Source of the DNA: Patescibacteria group bacterium
Lineage (GTDB): Bacteria > Patescibacteriota > Minisyncoccia > Phycocordibacterales > PALSA-1337
Length of the DNA stretch: 64,000 nt
Direction of reading: 5' to 3'
Assembly: GCA_040388415.1 (NCBI GenBank)
Contig: JAZKBV010000002.1
Coordinates: 63,383-127,382, forward strand
Part shown: positions 18,348 to 28,106 of the stretch, one piece after another
How positions within the stretch are numbered: position 1 is the first letter of the stretch
How the letters are laid out: each line of letters opens with the position of its first letter
Translations under genes and position numbers: made by a program
Notes under the pieces: generated by a model
What the model was told of the DNA's origin: nothing
Databases searched by the model: none
The model's input: the letters and a program-made list of their open reading frames with translations, nothing else

Positions 18348-18878
18348 ATGTCAGGTCACAATAAATACTCAAAGATAAAGCATATCAAAGCTAAAAACGA
18401 CGCTCAAAAGAGCAAGAACTTTGGCAAGCTCGTCCGCCTCATCACGGTAGAAGCAAAGAAGGCTCACGGTATCCTCACCTCCCCTGGCCTTATGGCTGCT
18501 GTCGAAAAAGCACGCGGCGAGAACATGCCGAACGATACGATTGACCGTGCTATCAAGAAGGCAACAACTGACAACAGCGCTGAGATGGAATCGATCATCT
18601 ATGAGACCTATGGTCCTGGTGGCATCGCCATACTCATCGAAGCCCTGACAGACAATAGAAATAAAGCTGCGCAAGAGATCAAACATATCCTTTCATTGAA
18701 TGGTTTCGAGCTCGCCTCCCCCGGTAGCGCTTCATGGGCTTTCAAAAAAGAAGCTGGTAAATGGATCGCGACGACAACTATGCCTCTCGAGGATGCTGAT
18801 ATCGAAGTCCTTACAAAACTTGTAGAAGAACTAGAAAATAATGATGAAGTGCAGGAGGTGTTCACGAATGCGGAATAG
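18348..18878 (+). CDS. yebC: YebC/PmpR-family transcriptional regulator (short form, 176 aa)
   Basis: MSGHNKYSKIKHIKAKNDAQKSK...KLVRLITVEAKKA...ENMPNDTIDRAIKK matches YebC domain 1. The C-terminal ...NDEVQEVFTNAE matches the YebC end. Confidence 0.75.
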   Translation: MSGHNKYSKIKHIKAKNDAQKSKNFGKLVRLITVEAKKAHGILTSPGLMAAVEKARGENMPNDTIDRAIKKATTDNSAEMESIIYETYGPGGIAILIEALTDNRNKAAQEIKHILSLNGFELASPGSASWAFKKEAGKWIATTTMPLEDADIEVLTKLVEELENNDEVQEVFTNAE

Positions 18879-18884
18879 AGGGTT

Positions 18885-18893
18885 TGCTATACT
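18885..18893 (+). promoter_or_regulatory. extended -10 element (TGcTATACT) 6 nt upstream of the ruvC ATG (leaderless pattern)
   Basis: tgctatact, then tacctc, then ATG at 18900. Confidence 0.35.
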
Positions 18894-18899
18894 TACCTC

Positions 18900-19385
18900 A
18901 TGATCATCCTCGGCATCGACCCCGGCTACGACCGTCTCGGCATAGCTATCATAGAAAAACCTGTTAAAGGAAAGGAGGTACTTATTTACTCTAGCTGCTT
19001 CACCACTTCCCCAAAAGACTCCATCTATGATCGTCTAAAAGCTATTGGCGGAGAAATTTCTAAAATCATAGAAACATATAAACCTGACGCACTTGCCATT
19101 GAAACTCTTTTTATTACAAAAAATCAAAAGACTGCCATGCGTGTCTCAGAAGCACGTGGCATCATCATATATGAAGGGTTACAGAAAGATATTCCGATAT
19201 TTGAATATAGTCCAATGGAAATCAAAATGGCTATAACGAGCGACGGCACCAGCGACAAAGAGCGTGTGACGCGCATGGTTCACATGCTCGTAACTGTCCC
19301 GAAAAAGGTTGCTCTTGACGATGAATATGATGCGATTGCTGTTGCTTTGACCCATTCTGCCTGCGCAAAACGCACTGATAAATAA
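18900..19385 (+). CDS. ruvC: crossover junction endodeoxyribonuclease RuvC
   Basis: MIILGIDPGYDRLGIAII with catalytic Asp. 161 aa. Confidence 0.88.
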   Translation: MIILGIDPGYDRLGIAIIEKPVKGKEVLIYSSCFTTSPKDSIYDRLKAIGGEISKIIETYKPDALAIETLFITKNQKTAMRVSEARGIIIYEGLQKDIPIFEYSPMEIKMAITSDGTSDKERVTRMVHMLVTVPKKVALDDEYDAIAVALTHSACAKRTDK

Positions 19386-19508
19386 CCCTACTTTACTTTT
19401 CCACAGGTCATATTATTTGCAAAAATATATCTACTTTGCTACAAATGAGGACACGATGAATTTGGCCCGAAAGAACATGTGTACTTATCAATAAAAATTT
19501 TGAATTGT

Positions 19509-19808
19509 ATGGCGAGTAAAAAAGTAACAAAAGCAGTAAAAAAGAGTGCTACAAAAGCTTCAAAAAAAGAAGTGGCCCCTGTCATACCAGACGTCGAAGA
19601 AAACGACGAGGAAGCTGATGCTGTATCGCTAAAAAGCAAAACTGCAAAACCTCTCGATGTCGACCCGGCTGACATTTTGCCTGAAGTTGATGAAAAGGTA
19701 GTAGATGAAGAGAATCCTCTTCATGTCCTTGAGGACGAAGAATCTGAGGATGCTATCAGTCTAGATTCTGAAGACCTTAATCCTTTTGGTGACAAGTGGG
19801 AGGAATAA
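19509..19808 (+). CDS. hypothetical highly acidic protein with Lys-rich N-terminus
   Basis: MASKKVTKAVKKSATKASKKE, then a D/E-rich tail ending NPFGDKWEE. Sits immediately upstream of PBP1A. Confidence 0.4.
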   Translation: MASKKVTKAVKKSATKASKKEVAPVIPDVEENDEEADAVSLKSKTAKPLDVDPADILPEVDEKVVDEENPLHVLEDEESEDAISLDSEDLNPFGDKWEE

Positions 19809-19883
19809 AATGGTACAATACGTATCGTGACCCATCGCTCTCATATTGGTAAAAAATACAAGAAACATATACGTCATATAAAG

Positions 19884-22373
19884 ATGGCAGTGGTGATCTC
19901 GCTATCTGCTCTTTTTATACTTGTCGGCTGCGCCGCGCTCTGGATGGCGAACTTACATATGCCTGACCTCAACTCTTTTGAGACCAGAAAAGTGATTGAG
20001 TCGACCAAAATATACGATCGTACTGGCACGATCCTTCTATACGACACTGGGGCAAATGCGAAGCGCACTATCGTCTCTCTCGACCAGATAGCGCCGAATA
20101 TTCAGAAAGCGACAATCGCTATCGAGGACTCGAATTTTTACAGCAACATCGGCATAGAACCGACTTCTATCATCCGTGCAGTGTTAGCGAACCTTGCTAC
20201 AGGTAGTTATGGACAAGGGGCATCTACTATCACCCAGCAGGTCGTCAAAAACGCCCTCCTCACTCAAGAGAAGACTATCTCGCGCAAGCTTGAAGAATGG
20301 ATCCTGTCCATAAAGCTCACACGCATCTTGAGCAAGGACAAGATTCTCGAAGCATATCTCAATGAAACGCCTTATGGCGGCACAGTGTACGGGGTCGAAG
20401 AAGCAACTCAGACCTTTTTTGGTAAACAGGCTAAGGATATCACTTTGGCAGAAGCTGCCTATATAGCAGCCATTCCTCAAGCACCGACCTATTTTTCACC
20501 TTATGGTACCCATAGAAAAGAGCTTGATACGCGACAAAAGCTCGTGCTCAGCCGCATGAAGGATCTAGGTATGATCACTGACACTGAATATTCATCGGCA
20601 ATCAAAGAACAAGTTACTTTTTTGAGTAAAAATTCTCAAAGCATCCGTGCTCCTCATTTTGTAATGTCAGTATTGGATTATTTGACTCAAAAATATGGTG
20701 ATGATGCGGTGACGGGGGGTGGCCTCAAAGTCGTAACAACGCTTGATTTTGACATGCAGCAAAAAGCTGAGGACACTATCGGCCGCTTCGCTCCTACATT
20801 GCAGTCAAATTTCAACGCAAGCAATACAGCCTTAGTCGCCATCGACCCAAAGACAGGTGATATTTTGACTATGGTTGGTTCGAGAAATTATTTTGATGCT
20901 TCGATAGATGGAAACTTCAATATCGCTCTTGCAAAGCGACAGCCTGGATCGACATTCAAACCGTTCGTATATGCGACGCTGTTCGAAAAGGGATACACTC
21001 CTGATACGGTTTTGTTCGATACGCCCACCGAATTCTCTTCTGAGTGCACACCTGACAGCAAGCCAAAAAATCCTTCGGCCGATGCAACTAAAACATGCTA
21101 CTCGCCAAAAGAATATGACAATAGTTACCCTGGTCCAATGACCATACGTGAGGCGCTCCCGCATTCTCGCAATATCCCTGCGGTACAGGCGCTCTATCTC
21201 GCAGGATTGAACGATTCGATCAAGACAGCGACTGATATGGGCATCACCAGTCTCAATGAACCTGATCGTTACGGCCTCACACTCGTTCTTGGTGGTGGTG
21301 AAGTTAGTCTCCTCGACCTTACAAGCGCATATGGCGTATTCGCAAACGATGGTGTGCGCAATCAATATCGTTCTATCCTTGAAGTTGATGATGGTAAAGG
21401 TGTTGTGTTAGAGCAAGCAGCTTCAAACCCTTCCCAAGTCATCCCAGCTGAGATAGCACGCGAGATAAATGATGTCCTTTCAAGTACAAAAAATCGTATG
21501 ACGAGTCTTGTGCCTATCACTGATACAGTTGGACGCACCGTTGCCATAAAAACTGGTACCACTAACGACTACCGTGATGTGTGGACGCTTGGTTATACTC
21601 CAAACCTCGTCGTCGGGGCATGGGCTGGTAACAATGATAACCACCCAATGAATGATGCTATATCAGCGCTCATCATCACTCCTGTCTGGGGTGCATTCAT
21701 GTCGCAGGTAGCAAAAGATTTCCCTCCTGAAGAATTCAAAGCGCCCCAACCAGTTCCTACTGATATCAAACCTGTTTTGCGGGGCGTATGGCAAGGTGGC
21801 GTATCGTATTTCGTCGATACTGTTTCTGGAAAAGTAGCGACTCAGTATACTCCTGATGAGACAAAGAAGGAGATCGTATTTCCGAGCGTGCACTCGATAC
21901 TGCAGTGGGTCGATAAAACTAATCCCCTAGGCCCTGTGCCTGCTCACCCTGAACAAGATTCACAGTATGCAAACTGGGAATATGCTACCCGTAAATGGTT
22001 CGACCAATGGAAATTGAGCAACCCAACATTCAAGGAGACCACAAACTACACTATCCCTTCTGACACTGATCCGATTCACACACCAGACAAGCTTCCACAC
22101 GTCTCTGTGAGCTCCCCTGCTCAAGATACCGTCATCGATGCGTCGAAGCTCCTTACGATCAGCCTCCAAGAATCCGGTGCATACCCTATCCAGAAGTCTG
22201 AGGTATATCTCAACGGCAAATATGTCTTGACTAATACAAGTAATCCATTGAATGTAAGCTTCGTCCCAGCTGACGTCGGCGGTCTCTCGACTAACAACAC
22301 GATCACTATCACTCTCTACGATACAGTGTTTAACCAAGCTCAAGCTACTTTTGACTTCACGACAACTCAGTAA
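19884..22373 (+). CDS. mrcA: class A penicillin-binding protein (PBP1A; glycosyltransferase + transpeptidase)
   Basis: GT51 motifs AIEDSNFYSNIG and GASTITQQVVKN. Transpeptidase STFKPF (SxxK), SRN and KTGTT. N-terminal TM anchor. Tracked GTG start at 19827; the ATG at 19884 is preferred. Confidence 0.9.
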   Translation: MAVVISLSALFILVGCAALWMANLHMPDLNSFETRKVIESTKIYDRTGTILLYDTGANAKRTIVSLDQIAPNIQKATIAIEDSNFYSNIGIEPTSIIRAVLANLATGSYGQGASTITQQVVKNALLTQEKTISRKLEEWILSIKLTRILSKDKILEAYLNETPYGGTVYGVEEATQTFFGKQAKDITLAEAAYIAAIPQAPTYFSPYGTHRKELDTRQKLVLSRMKDLGMITDTEYSSAIKEQVTFLSKNSQSIRAPHFVMSVLDYLTQKYGDDAVTGGGLKVVTTLDFDMQQKAEDTIGRFAPTLQSNFNASNTALVAIDPKTGDILTMVGSRNYFDASIDGNFNIALAKRQPGSTFKPFVYATLFEKGYTPDTVLFDTPTEFSSECTPDSKPKNPSADATKTCYSPKEYDNSYPGPMTIREALPHSRNIPAVQALYLAGLNDSIKTATDMGITSLNEPDRYGLTLVLGGGEVSLLDLTSAYGVFANDGVRNQYRSILEVDDGKGVVLEQAASNPSQVIPAEIAREINDVLSSTKNRMTSLVPITDTVGRTVAIKTGTTNDYRDVWTLGYTPNLVVGAWAGNNDNHPMNDAISALIITPVWGAFMSQVAKDFPPEEFKAPQPVPTDIKPVLRGVWQGGVSYFVDTVSGKVATQYTPDETKKEIVFPSVHSILQWVDKTNPLGPVPAHPEQDSQYANWEYATRKWFDQWKLSNPTFKETTNYTIPSDTDPIHTPDKLPHVSVSSPAQDTVIDASKLLTISLQESGAYPIQKSEVYLNGKYVLTNTSNPLNVSFVPADVGGLSTNNTITITLYDTVFNQAQATFDFTTTQ

Positions 22374-22375
22374 AA

Positions 22376-22636
22376 CTACCTGATATCGGTGATTTTTTGC
22401 TCGGTTTGTAAACCATTCGCTTTATCAACGATCTTCTTTTTATGTATGAAAATGGCCGAGCGGGCGCTATGAGAAATACTTTTCAATGTCACGACGCCAG
22501 TCTTTAAACTGATTGACCCTATCGGTATATCTATATCAACAAATTCTTTGATGGCGGACTGCACAGAGGCTCGTAGGCTTATTTCTTTTGCCTGCATACT
22601 ACCGATACGCTTGAAGAATTCGCTGATGTTCTTCAT
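22376..22636 (-). CDS. DUF721/DciA-like small protein
   Basis: 86 aa immediately downstream of dnaN. The pattern ...LRASVQSAIKEFVDI...VVTLKSISHSARSAIFIHKKKIV resembles DUF721 proteins found next to dnaN. Confidence 0.4.
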   Translation of the reverse strand: MKNISEFFKRIGSMQAKEISLRASVQSAIKEFVDIDIPIGSISLKTGVVTLKSISHSARSAIFIHKKKIVDKANGLQTEQKITDIR

Positions 22637-22658
22637 ATATTGATATGGAACTACTGTA

Positions 22659-23765
22659 TTAGCGGTTCATAGGCATCACTAAATACATGAATGTGCCGTC
22701 ACCTGAGGCTGGACGAATAACCATAGGCTTATTGAGACCACCGAGCTGGAAAGAAACACTGTCAGCATCGATGGACTGGAAACAATCAGCGATATATTTG
22801 CCATTAAAATTGATCTCAAGCTTATCACCTGTCATAGAAGCATCGACTTTTGTTGCATTTTCGCCGATATCAGCATTTTTTGTCTGAATCTCGAAACCAG
22901 CACCCTTTGGGTCGAGGATAAATTTTACTTGATTGAATTTATCAGTAAACACATTTGAAACCTTGAGTGCATTAATAACATCTTGTTTGAGAGTGATCGC
23001 TTCGGTGCTATACCCTTTTGGAATAATCTGCTTATAATCAGGAAATGTGCCATCAACTATACGAGATGCGAGATATACCCCTTGAGCTTCAAATGAAATA
23101 AGATTTTTATTTGAATGCATCTCTACGTCACCGCCCACATCTTCTAATATACGAATAATGTCACTGATATTTTTAAAAGGAATGAGAATATCTTGAAAAT
23201 CTATATCTGTGCCGACTTTTACTTTTTTCTCAGCCAAACGGAAAGAGTCTGTTGCTGCAAAAGTGATAAATTCATTGTTCTTATACACATACACACTTGA
23301 AAGCTCTGGTTTTACACTTGAGATCGATGCGCTATACCAGACTGATTTGAGGCCTTTAATGAAGACTTCTGATGAGATAGTCACCTTTTGTCCTTCACTT
23401 ACACGAGGAATTGATGGAAAATCTTCTGCGGGCACGGTTTTTATGGTCACTTTTGAACGAGCTGATGAAATATTAAGATTTCCTGAAACAAGCTCCATTT
23501 TTACCGTTCCATCTTGATCATTTAACTGGGAAACAAAAGATGATATGGTCTGAGCGGGTATAGCAACTGTTCCTGTTGTGTCCGACTTTGCTGGAATAGA
23601 GATTTCAAGACCAACATCAAGATTCGTCGCTTTGATGTGGAGTGTATTTTTTCCTATTTCAAACAATAGACATGAGAGGACAGGAAGTGTTGCGTTCTTA
23701 CGCGCGATCTTCTCTGATAACCCGATCATTCTTTTGAATTGTGATAGATGTAATTCGATTTTCAT
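22659..23765 (-). CDS. dnaN: DNA polymerase III beta subunit (sliding clamp)
   Basis: 368 aa with a three-domain clamp architecture. N-terminus MKIELHLSQFKRMIGLSEKIA...LPVLSCLLFE. Confidence 0.9.
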   Translation of the reverse strand: MKIELHLSQFKRMIGLSEKIARKNATLPVLSCLLFEIGKNTLHIKATNLDVGLEISIPAKSDTTGTVAIPAQTISSFVSQLNDQDGTVKMELVSGNLNISSARSKVTIKTVPAEDFPSIPRVSEGQKVTISSEVFIKGLKSVWYSASISSVKPELSSVYVYKNNEFITFAATDSFRLAEKKVKVGTDIDFQDILIPFKNISDIIRILEDVGGDVEMHSNKNLISFEAQGVYLASRIVDGTFPDYKQIIPKGYSTEAITLKQDVINALKVSNVFTDKFNQVKFILDPKGAGFEIQTKNADIGENATKVDASMTGDKLEINFNGKYIADCFQSIDADSVSFQLGGLNKPMVIRPASGDGTFMYLVMPMNR

Positions 23766-23964
23766 ATAAAACAGTTTATTGCTATTAGTCTTGTGGATAT
23801 GGGGAAAAGTTTTTAGATAGTCTGGTTGAGCTTTATTTTTTAATTTCTATTTTTTATTTCTGTGGGTATCCTTGTGCAACTTCTAACTCCAAACCTTTAA
23901 CTCCAAACTTCTTCCCAACTTCTCCCTACCCTATTCCTACTTTATCCGATACTTATCAACAGGT
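23766..23964. promoter_or_regulatory. candidate oriC segment (dnaA-dnaN intergenic; degenerate DnaA boxes plus AT-rich DUE)
   Basis: TGTGGATAT (23791), TGTGGGTAT (23862), TTATCCGAT (23942) and TTATCAACA (23952), plus the AT-rich tract ctttattttttaatttctattttttatttc. Confidence 0.45.
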
Positions 23965-25311
23965 TTATAACATAGTTCTTAGCTGAGAAATTTCTTGTGC
24001 CAATAACGGGTTGCCTTTCACATCCTCCTTTATCTTTTCGTATGAGTGAATAACGGTAGTATGGTCTCGACCACCCATTTTATCCCCAATCGAAGGAAAT
24101 GAGATATTAAAATCTTCACGGAGGATATACATAGCTACTTGGCGTGGCTTAACCACCTCCTTTCTGCGAGTTTTGTTGTATATACTCTCTTCTTCGATGT
24201 TATAGAAATCAGATACGATCTTTACCACCTCCTTCACAGAAATATTTTTCTTTGGCTTAGCATTATTCTTGAGGAGATACTTGATCTCATTCAAATTCAA
24301 ATCTCTATTCTTGAGTTGTATCTGACAAGCGATGACATTGATGATACCTTCGATCTCGCGAATATTGTCCTCAATTTCTGATGCAAGAAACTCCACGATC
24401 TCATCAGATAGGTTGATGTTATGTATACGAGACTTGGCACGTACGATCGCGGTGCGTGACTCATGGTCAGGTTCAGGTATATCAACAGTCATACCTACCC
24501 CAAATCTACCTCTAATACGATCCTCGAGTCCTGGAATAACGTTTGGATGGCGATCTGAGGAGAATACAAGCTGGCGGCCAGTGTCATGGAAGGTATTAAA
24601 GAGGTGAAAGAGTTCCTCCTGAAACTTTTCTTTACCTGAGAAGAACTGTACATCATCCATAATGACCACATCATACTTGCGGTACTTTTCTTTGAACTGC
24701 TGAGTCTTGTTTTCTTGGAATGAATTCAATAAATCAGACCCAAATTTCTCTGAAGTAAGGTAGAATACTTTTTTATTTGGGTGGAGGCGCTTAATCTGGT
24801 TCCCTATCGCTTGGATGAGGTGTGTTTTTCCACGACCAGGTGATCCATAAATGAAGAGTGGGTTGTATGTCTGCCCAGGATTCTTGATGACTGTCTGCGA
24901 GGCTGCGTGAGCGAGCTCATTGAACGGTCCAATGACGAAGTTTTCGAAGGTATAGCGCGGATTGAGGTTATCCTCTTTGTTGATATAGAAGTCTTGAAGA
25001 GGCATAGCCATCGTTGGAGATGAGATAGGCTTCTTTTGAGCCGCTTCCTTGCTACGATCACCGTCCTTGATGATGACATAATCAAGCGCGCGGACGTTTT
25101 CGTTGATTTGACGAAGTATTTTAAGGATAGAATTGTGACATTTCTTTGAAAGCCACTCACGCGTGAACTCATTTGGCACTCCAAGGAAGACAACACCCTC
25201 ATTTTCCTTCACTATCTTGGTTGTTGAGAGCCATGTCGTGTAGTTTGCAGCAGAAACAATACCCTTTATCTCTATGAGAGCAGTTTGCCAGATTTGAGAA
25301 TAGTCATTCAT
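23965..25311 (-). CDS. dnaA: chromosomal replication initiator protein DnaA
   Basis: AAA+ Walker A GSPGRGKTHLIQAIGN, Walker B VVIMDDVQF, sensor region, and the C-terminal DNA-binding helix KPRQVAMYILRE...IGDKMGGRDHTTVIHSYEKI. Confidence 0.93.
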   Translation of the reverse strand: MNDYSQIWQTALIEIKGIVSAANYTTWLSTTKIVKENEGVVFLGVPNEFTREWLSKKCHNSILKILRQINENVRALDYVIIKDGDRSKEAAQKKPISSPTMAMPLQDFYINKEDNLNPRYTFENFVIGPFNELAHAASQTVIKNPGQTYNPLFIYGSPGRGKTHLIQAIGNQIKRLHPNKKVFYLTSEKFGSDLLNSFQENKTQQFKEKYRKYDVVIMDDVQFFSGKEKFQEELFHLFNTFHDTGRQLVFSSDRHPNVIPGLEDRIRGRFGVGMTVDIPEPDHESRTAIVRAKSRIHNINLSDEIVEFLASEIEDNIREIEGIINVIACQIQLKNRDLNLNEIKYLLKNNAKPKKNISVKEVVKIVSDFYNIEEESIYNKTRRKEVVKPRQVAMYILREDFNISFPSIGDKMGGRDHTTVIHSYEKIKEDVKGNPLLAQEISQLRTML

Positions 25312-25477
25312 AGGTGTATATAGGTAATGAGTAATAGAGGTTTAAGTAGCTATAAGTATATACTTGTTTATAAGTTTGCAAACTTGTGGAGAGCTTATAA
25401 ATATGTTGATAAGTTGGGGACAGTAAATAAGAACACAGATTATGTGTTTCAGGCTTGCGAAATAGTAGATTTTCATC

Positions 25478-25483
25478 TATAGT
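25478..25483 (+). promoter_or_regulatory. -10 box (TATAGT) 7 nt upstream of the rpmH ATG (leaderless pattern)
   Basis: tatagt, then gttacct, then ATG at 25491. Confidence 0.3.
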
Positions 25484-25490
25484 GTTACCT

Positions 25491-25640
25491 ATGTCATTTA
25501 CATATCAACCAAACAAGCGCAAGCGCGCAAAGGCACACGGTTTTCGTATGCGCATGAAAACTCCTACAGGACGAAAAGTTCTCGCTAAACGTCGTGCAAA
25601 AGGACGTGCGAAGCTCACTGTTAGCAAGAAACGCGTTTAG
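25491..25640 (+). CDS. rpmH: 50S ribosomal protein L34
   Basis: [44 protein letters not shown] is the L34 consensus. The tracked ORF starts upstream at 25455. Confidence 0.88.
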   Translation: MSFTYQPNKRKRAKAHGFRMRMKTPTGRKVLAKRRAKGRAKLTVSKKRV

Positions 25641-25654
25641 TTTATATTTTCAAT

Positions 25655-26017
25655 ATGCTTAAAAGCATTCATAGGCTCTCCACAAAGCAGTTTATGGAAG
25701 TCATGGAAAAAGGGAAAATCGCAACCTCTCCCCTTTTTGTTGTGCGTATATTGGAAAGGAAGTTGGGAGTTGGAAGTTTGAAGCAAGGGGAAGGCTCACA
25801 AATCTCTGCAGTAGCACCAAAAAAAGTTGCATCGACGGCGGTGTTGAGAAATAGGGTGCGTCGGCAGATTTATGAGGCTGTAAGACCGCTCAGAGCCACC
25901 CTTCTGCCTGCGACAGCAATCATCATCTTTGCAAAAAATGAAGCCTTGAAAACAAATCTAAGGTCTATGACCTCAGATCTCAAGCAACTTTTCGTTAAAG
26001 CGAAAATTAGTGTATAG
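25655..26017 (+). CDS. rnpA: ribonuclease P protein component
   Basis: 120 aa basic protein directly downstream of rpmH. Contains the RNR-like motif AVLRNRVRRQIYEA. Confidence 0.8.
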   Translation: MLKSIHRLSTKQFMEVMEKGKIATSPLFVVRILERKLGVGSLKQGEGSQISAVAPKKVASTAVLRNRVRRQIYEAVRPLRATLLPATAIIIFAKNEALKTNLRSMTSDLKQLFVKAKISV

Positions 26018-26018
26018 T
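26011..26018 (+). promoter_or_regulatory. extended -10 element (TGtATAGT) 7 nt upstream of the yidC ATG (leaderless pattern)
   Basis: tgtatagt, then tagccgt, then ATG at 26026. Confidence 0.3.
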
Positions 26019-26025
26019 TAGCCGT

Positions 26026-26781
26026 ATGTACAATACATTTATATTTAAACCCCTTTATAACGGGCTCGTTGCTATCATGGATCTGTTGCCATGGATCGAT
26101 GTGGGCATTGCGGTCATCCTCTTTACTATTATTGTCCGCCTCATCATCTTTCCTCTCTCAAAGAACGCCCTGTTGACTCAGGTAAAAATGAAAGAAGTGG
26201 AGCCCGAAGTGAACAAAGTAAAGGCAGAATATGCCAATGATCGCCAGGCACAAGGCCTCAAGGTTATGGAACTATACAAATCAAAAGGCATCAAGCCCTT
26301 TTCTGGCGTTCTGCTCCTCATAGTTCAGCTCCCTATCCTTCTTGCGCTCATCTCTGTTTTCTATAAGATCATACCAACGATTGACCCGAACCTTCTTTAT
26401 AGTTTTGTTCATGTTCCTGTGATTAAACCGTTTCTACTTGGGCTAGATTTGACCAAGCCAAACATAATTCTTTCTCTGGTTACAGGCATCATCCAGTTTT
26501 TTCAGATGCATTATTCTATCGCTTCACGCCAACACCGAGAAATGGTGGCAAAAAATGACGGTAAACTTCCCACAGCAACAGATTTTTCATCGAATATGGC
26601 AAATACCATGAATACACAGATGAAATTCCTTCTTCCTATTATTGCCTTTGCTTCAACATACTGGCTCATTCCAGTAAAATTCCCTCAGGCAGCATCGATC
26701 ATTGCCATTTATTGGTCTATTAGCTCCCTCTTTACTCTTGGTCAGGAGTTATACATCAGAAAAAAGCATCTGACCAAATAA
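26026..26781 (+). CDS. yidC: membrane protein insertase YidC (short, Gram-positive-type)
   Basis: 251 aa in the rpmH-rnpA-yidC arrangement. FIFKPLYNGLVAIMDLL...ILFTIIVRLIIFPL and multiple TM helices typical of YidC/Oxa1. Confidence 0.85.
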   Translation: MYNTFIFKPLYNGLVAIMDLLPWIDVGIAVILFTIIVRLIIFPLSKNALLTQVKMKEVEPEVNKVKAEYANDRQAQGLKVMELYKSKGIKPFSGVLLLIVQLPILLALISVFYKIIPTIDPNLLYSFVHVPVIKPFLLGLDLTKPNIILSLVTGIIQFFQMHYSIASRQHREMVAKNDGKLPTATDFSSNMANTMNTQMKFLLPIIAFASTYWLIPVKFPQAASIIAIYWSISSLFTLGQELYIRKKHLTK

Positions 26782-26802
26782 GGCAAAATGGTGTAAACAA
26801 AA

Positions 26803-26838
26803 AACCGCACATCCCCTAAGTGTAGATGCGGTTTTTTG
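26803..26838. terminator. bidirectional rho-independent terminator between yidC and the convergent cluster
   Basis: ACCGCA(C)ATC ... GATGCGGT hairpin with an A-run upstream and a T-run downstream. Confidence 0.55.
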
Positions 26839-26839
26839 T

Positions 26840-28105
26840 TTACTTTGTTCCGGCAACAAGATCGTACGACCAGAACGAAAGATTTCTTTTATTCATGAAA
26901 TACAGGAAGTTATCTTTGTCATCCAAGCCAAGGTTAAAGGCGTCTATACTTGTTTTTGCTTCTTCAAATACTGATGATATGAGATGGACTTCGCCGGTCG
27001 AAGCATTTACTTCCCATATCTTATCGATTGTTGAAAGCGTTCCTTTATACCAATCGTCAGGATATGTACCAGGAACAGGCTGATATGGTACGGCACAATA
27101 GACTATGTTTTTGTAGAAGTTGCCCCAGACACATTTGTCAGCGAGCGTATGAATGACCGCATCGTTCCCTGTAGATGAAGCGATCGTGTAGATGCTAGTG
27201 AGGACATCGTTGCCATTTCCAGCTACTGAAAGGATGGCGTATTTTGCATCGTGGCTGATACGAGCAGAAAGGCCAGGTAATGGTCCAATAATTTTTTTCC
27301 ATGTGCCAGTTTTTGGATTAACAAAATAGAGGTAGCCGTTTTGAGCTGCTGAGCCTTTTGTTGTGATAGCGATTGTATTTTCTTCTGGCCACTCAACATT
27401 CACTTCGGTTATAGGGGTTGTGAAGATTTGTGTCGCTGATCCACCGCCGAGAGGAGCAGTGTAACCGACACCTCGGCCATCTTTAATGATAAAGAAGAAT
27501 ACCTTATCTTTCTTCGGTGACGCTGCGAACGTAGTGATGCCTTCAGGGAGGCCTTTGCCACGAAGCTCATATGGCGTAGCTGATGTGGTGGTTGTAGCAT
27601 GTGGTATAAGCGTCGCAAAGACCGTCGAGATCGTGTCATTATCATCTCCGAGAATGGAACCTATGAAGCCAGATATGTTTTTATTCCATGCACTTTCGTA
27701 TGTGCGTGGAAGGAGCGTGTTTGAAAGCGTGCTAATGGTCAAAGTGTCACCTTGGGCTTCGAGAACATTACCTCTGCCACGGTCAACCCAATGAACGAGC
27801 GTAGTGCTCGCAGTCGTCGATGCGCCGTAACCACCGATAGGTGTCGCACTCAAGAGGCGCAATGTAGGTATTTTGACTTCAACAGGATTGTTGTTTGAAG
27901 GTGTTGTGTCAGTGTTGTCAGTACTGCCCTGCTGTGTGTTTCCAGGTCTTCCAAAAGGATTAAAACCCGAGTTTGATGAATCGGTACCATTGTTCTGGTT
28001 TGTTGTTGGCTTGTTGATGAAGAAATACCAAAAGGCAGCCAAAGCGACGATGACAAGAAGGATGAGGGTGATTATGAGGCCGAGGTGAGATTTACGTTGT
28101 TCCAT
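26840..28105 (-). CDS. hypothetical membrane-anchored secreted protein, beta-propeller-like repeats (last gene of the T4SS-like cluster)
   Basis: N-terminal TM segment, S/T/N-rich linker, then repeated DG..G/W motifs (DGRGVGYT, AKYAILSVAGNGND, FLYFMNK..LSFWSYD) reminiscent of PD40/WD40 blades. Confidence 0.45.
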   Translation of the reverse strand: MEQRKSHLGLIITLILLVIVALAAFWYFFINKPTTNQNNGTDSSNSGFNPFGRPGNTQQGSTDNTDTTPSNNNPVEVKIPTLRLLSATPIGGYGASTTASTTLVHWVDRGRGNVLEAQGDTLTISTLSNTLLPRTYESAWNKNISGFIGSILGDDNDTISTVFATLIPHATTTTSATPYELRGKGLPEGITTFAASPKKDKVFFFIIKDGRGVGYTAPLGGGSATQIFTTPITEVNVEWPEENTIAITTKGSAAQNGYLYFVNPKTGTWKKIIGPLPGLSARISHDAKYAILSVAGNGNDVLTSIYTIASSTGNDAVIHTLADKCVWGNFYKNIVYCAVPYQPVPGTYPDDWYKGTLSTIDKIWEVNASTGEVHLISSVFEEAKTSIDAFNLGLDDKDNFLYFMNKRNLSFWSYDLVAGTK

Positions 28106-28106
28106 G

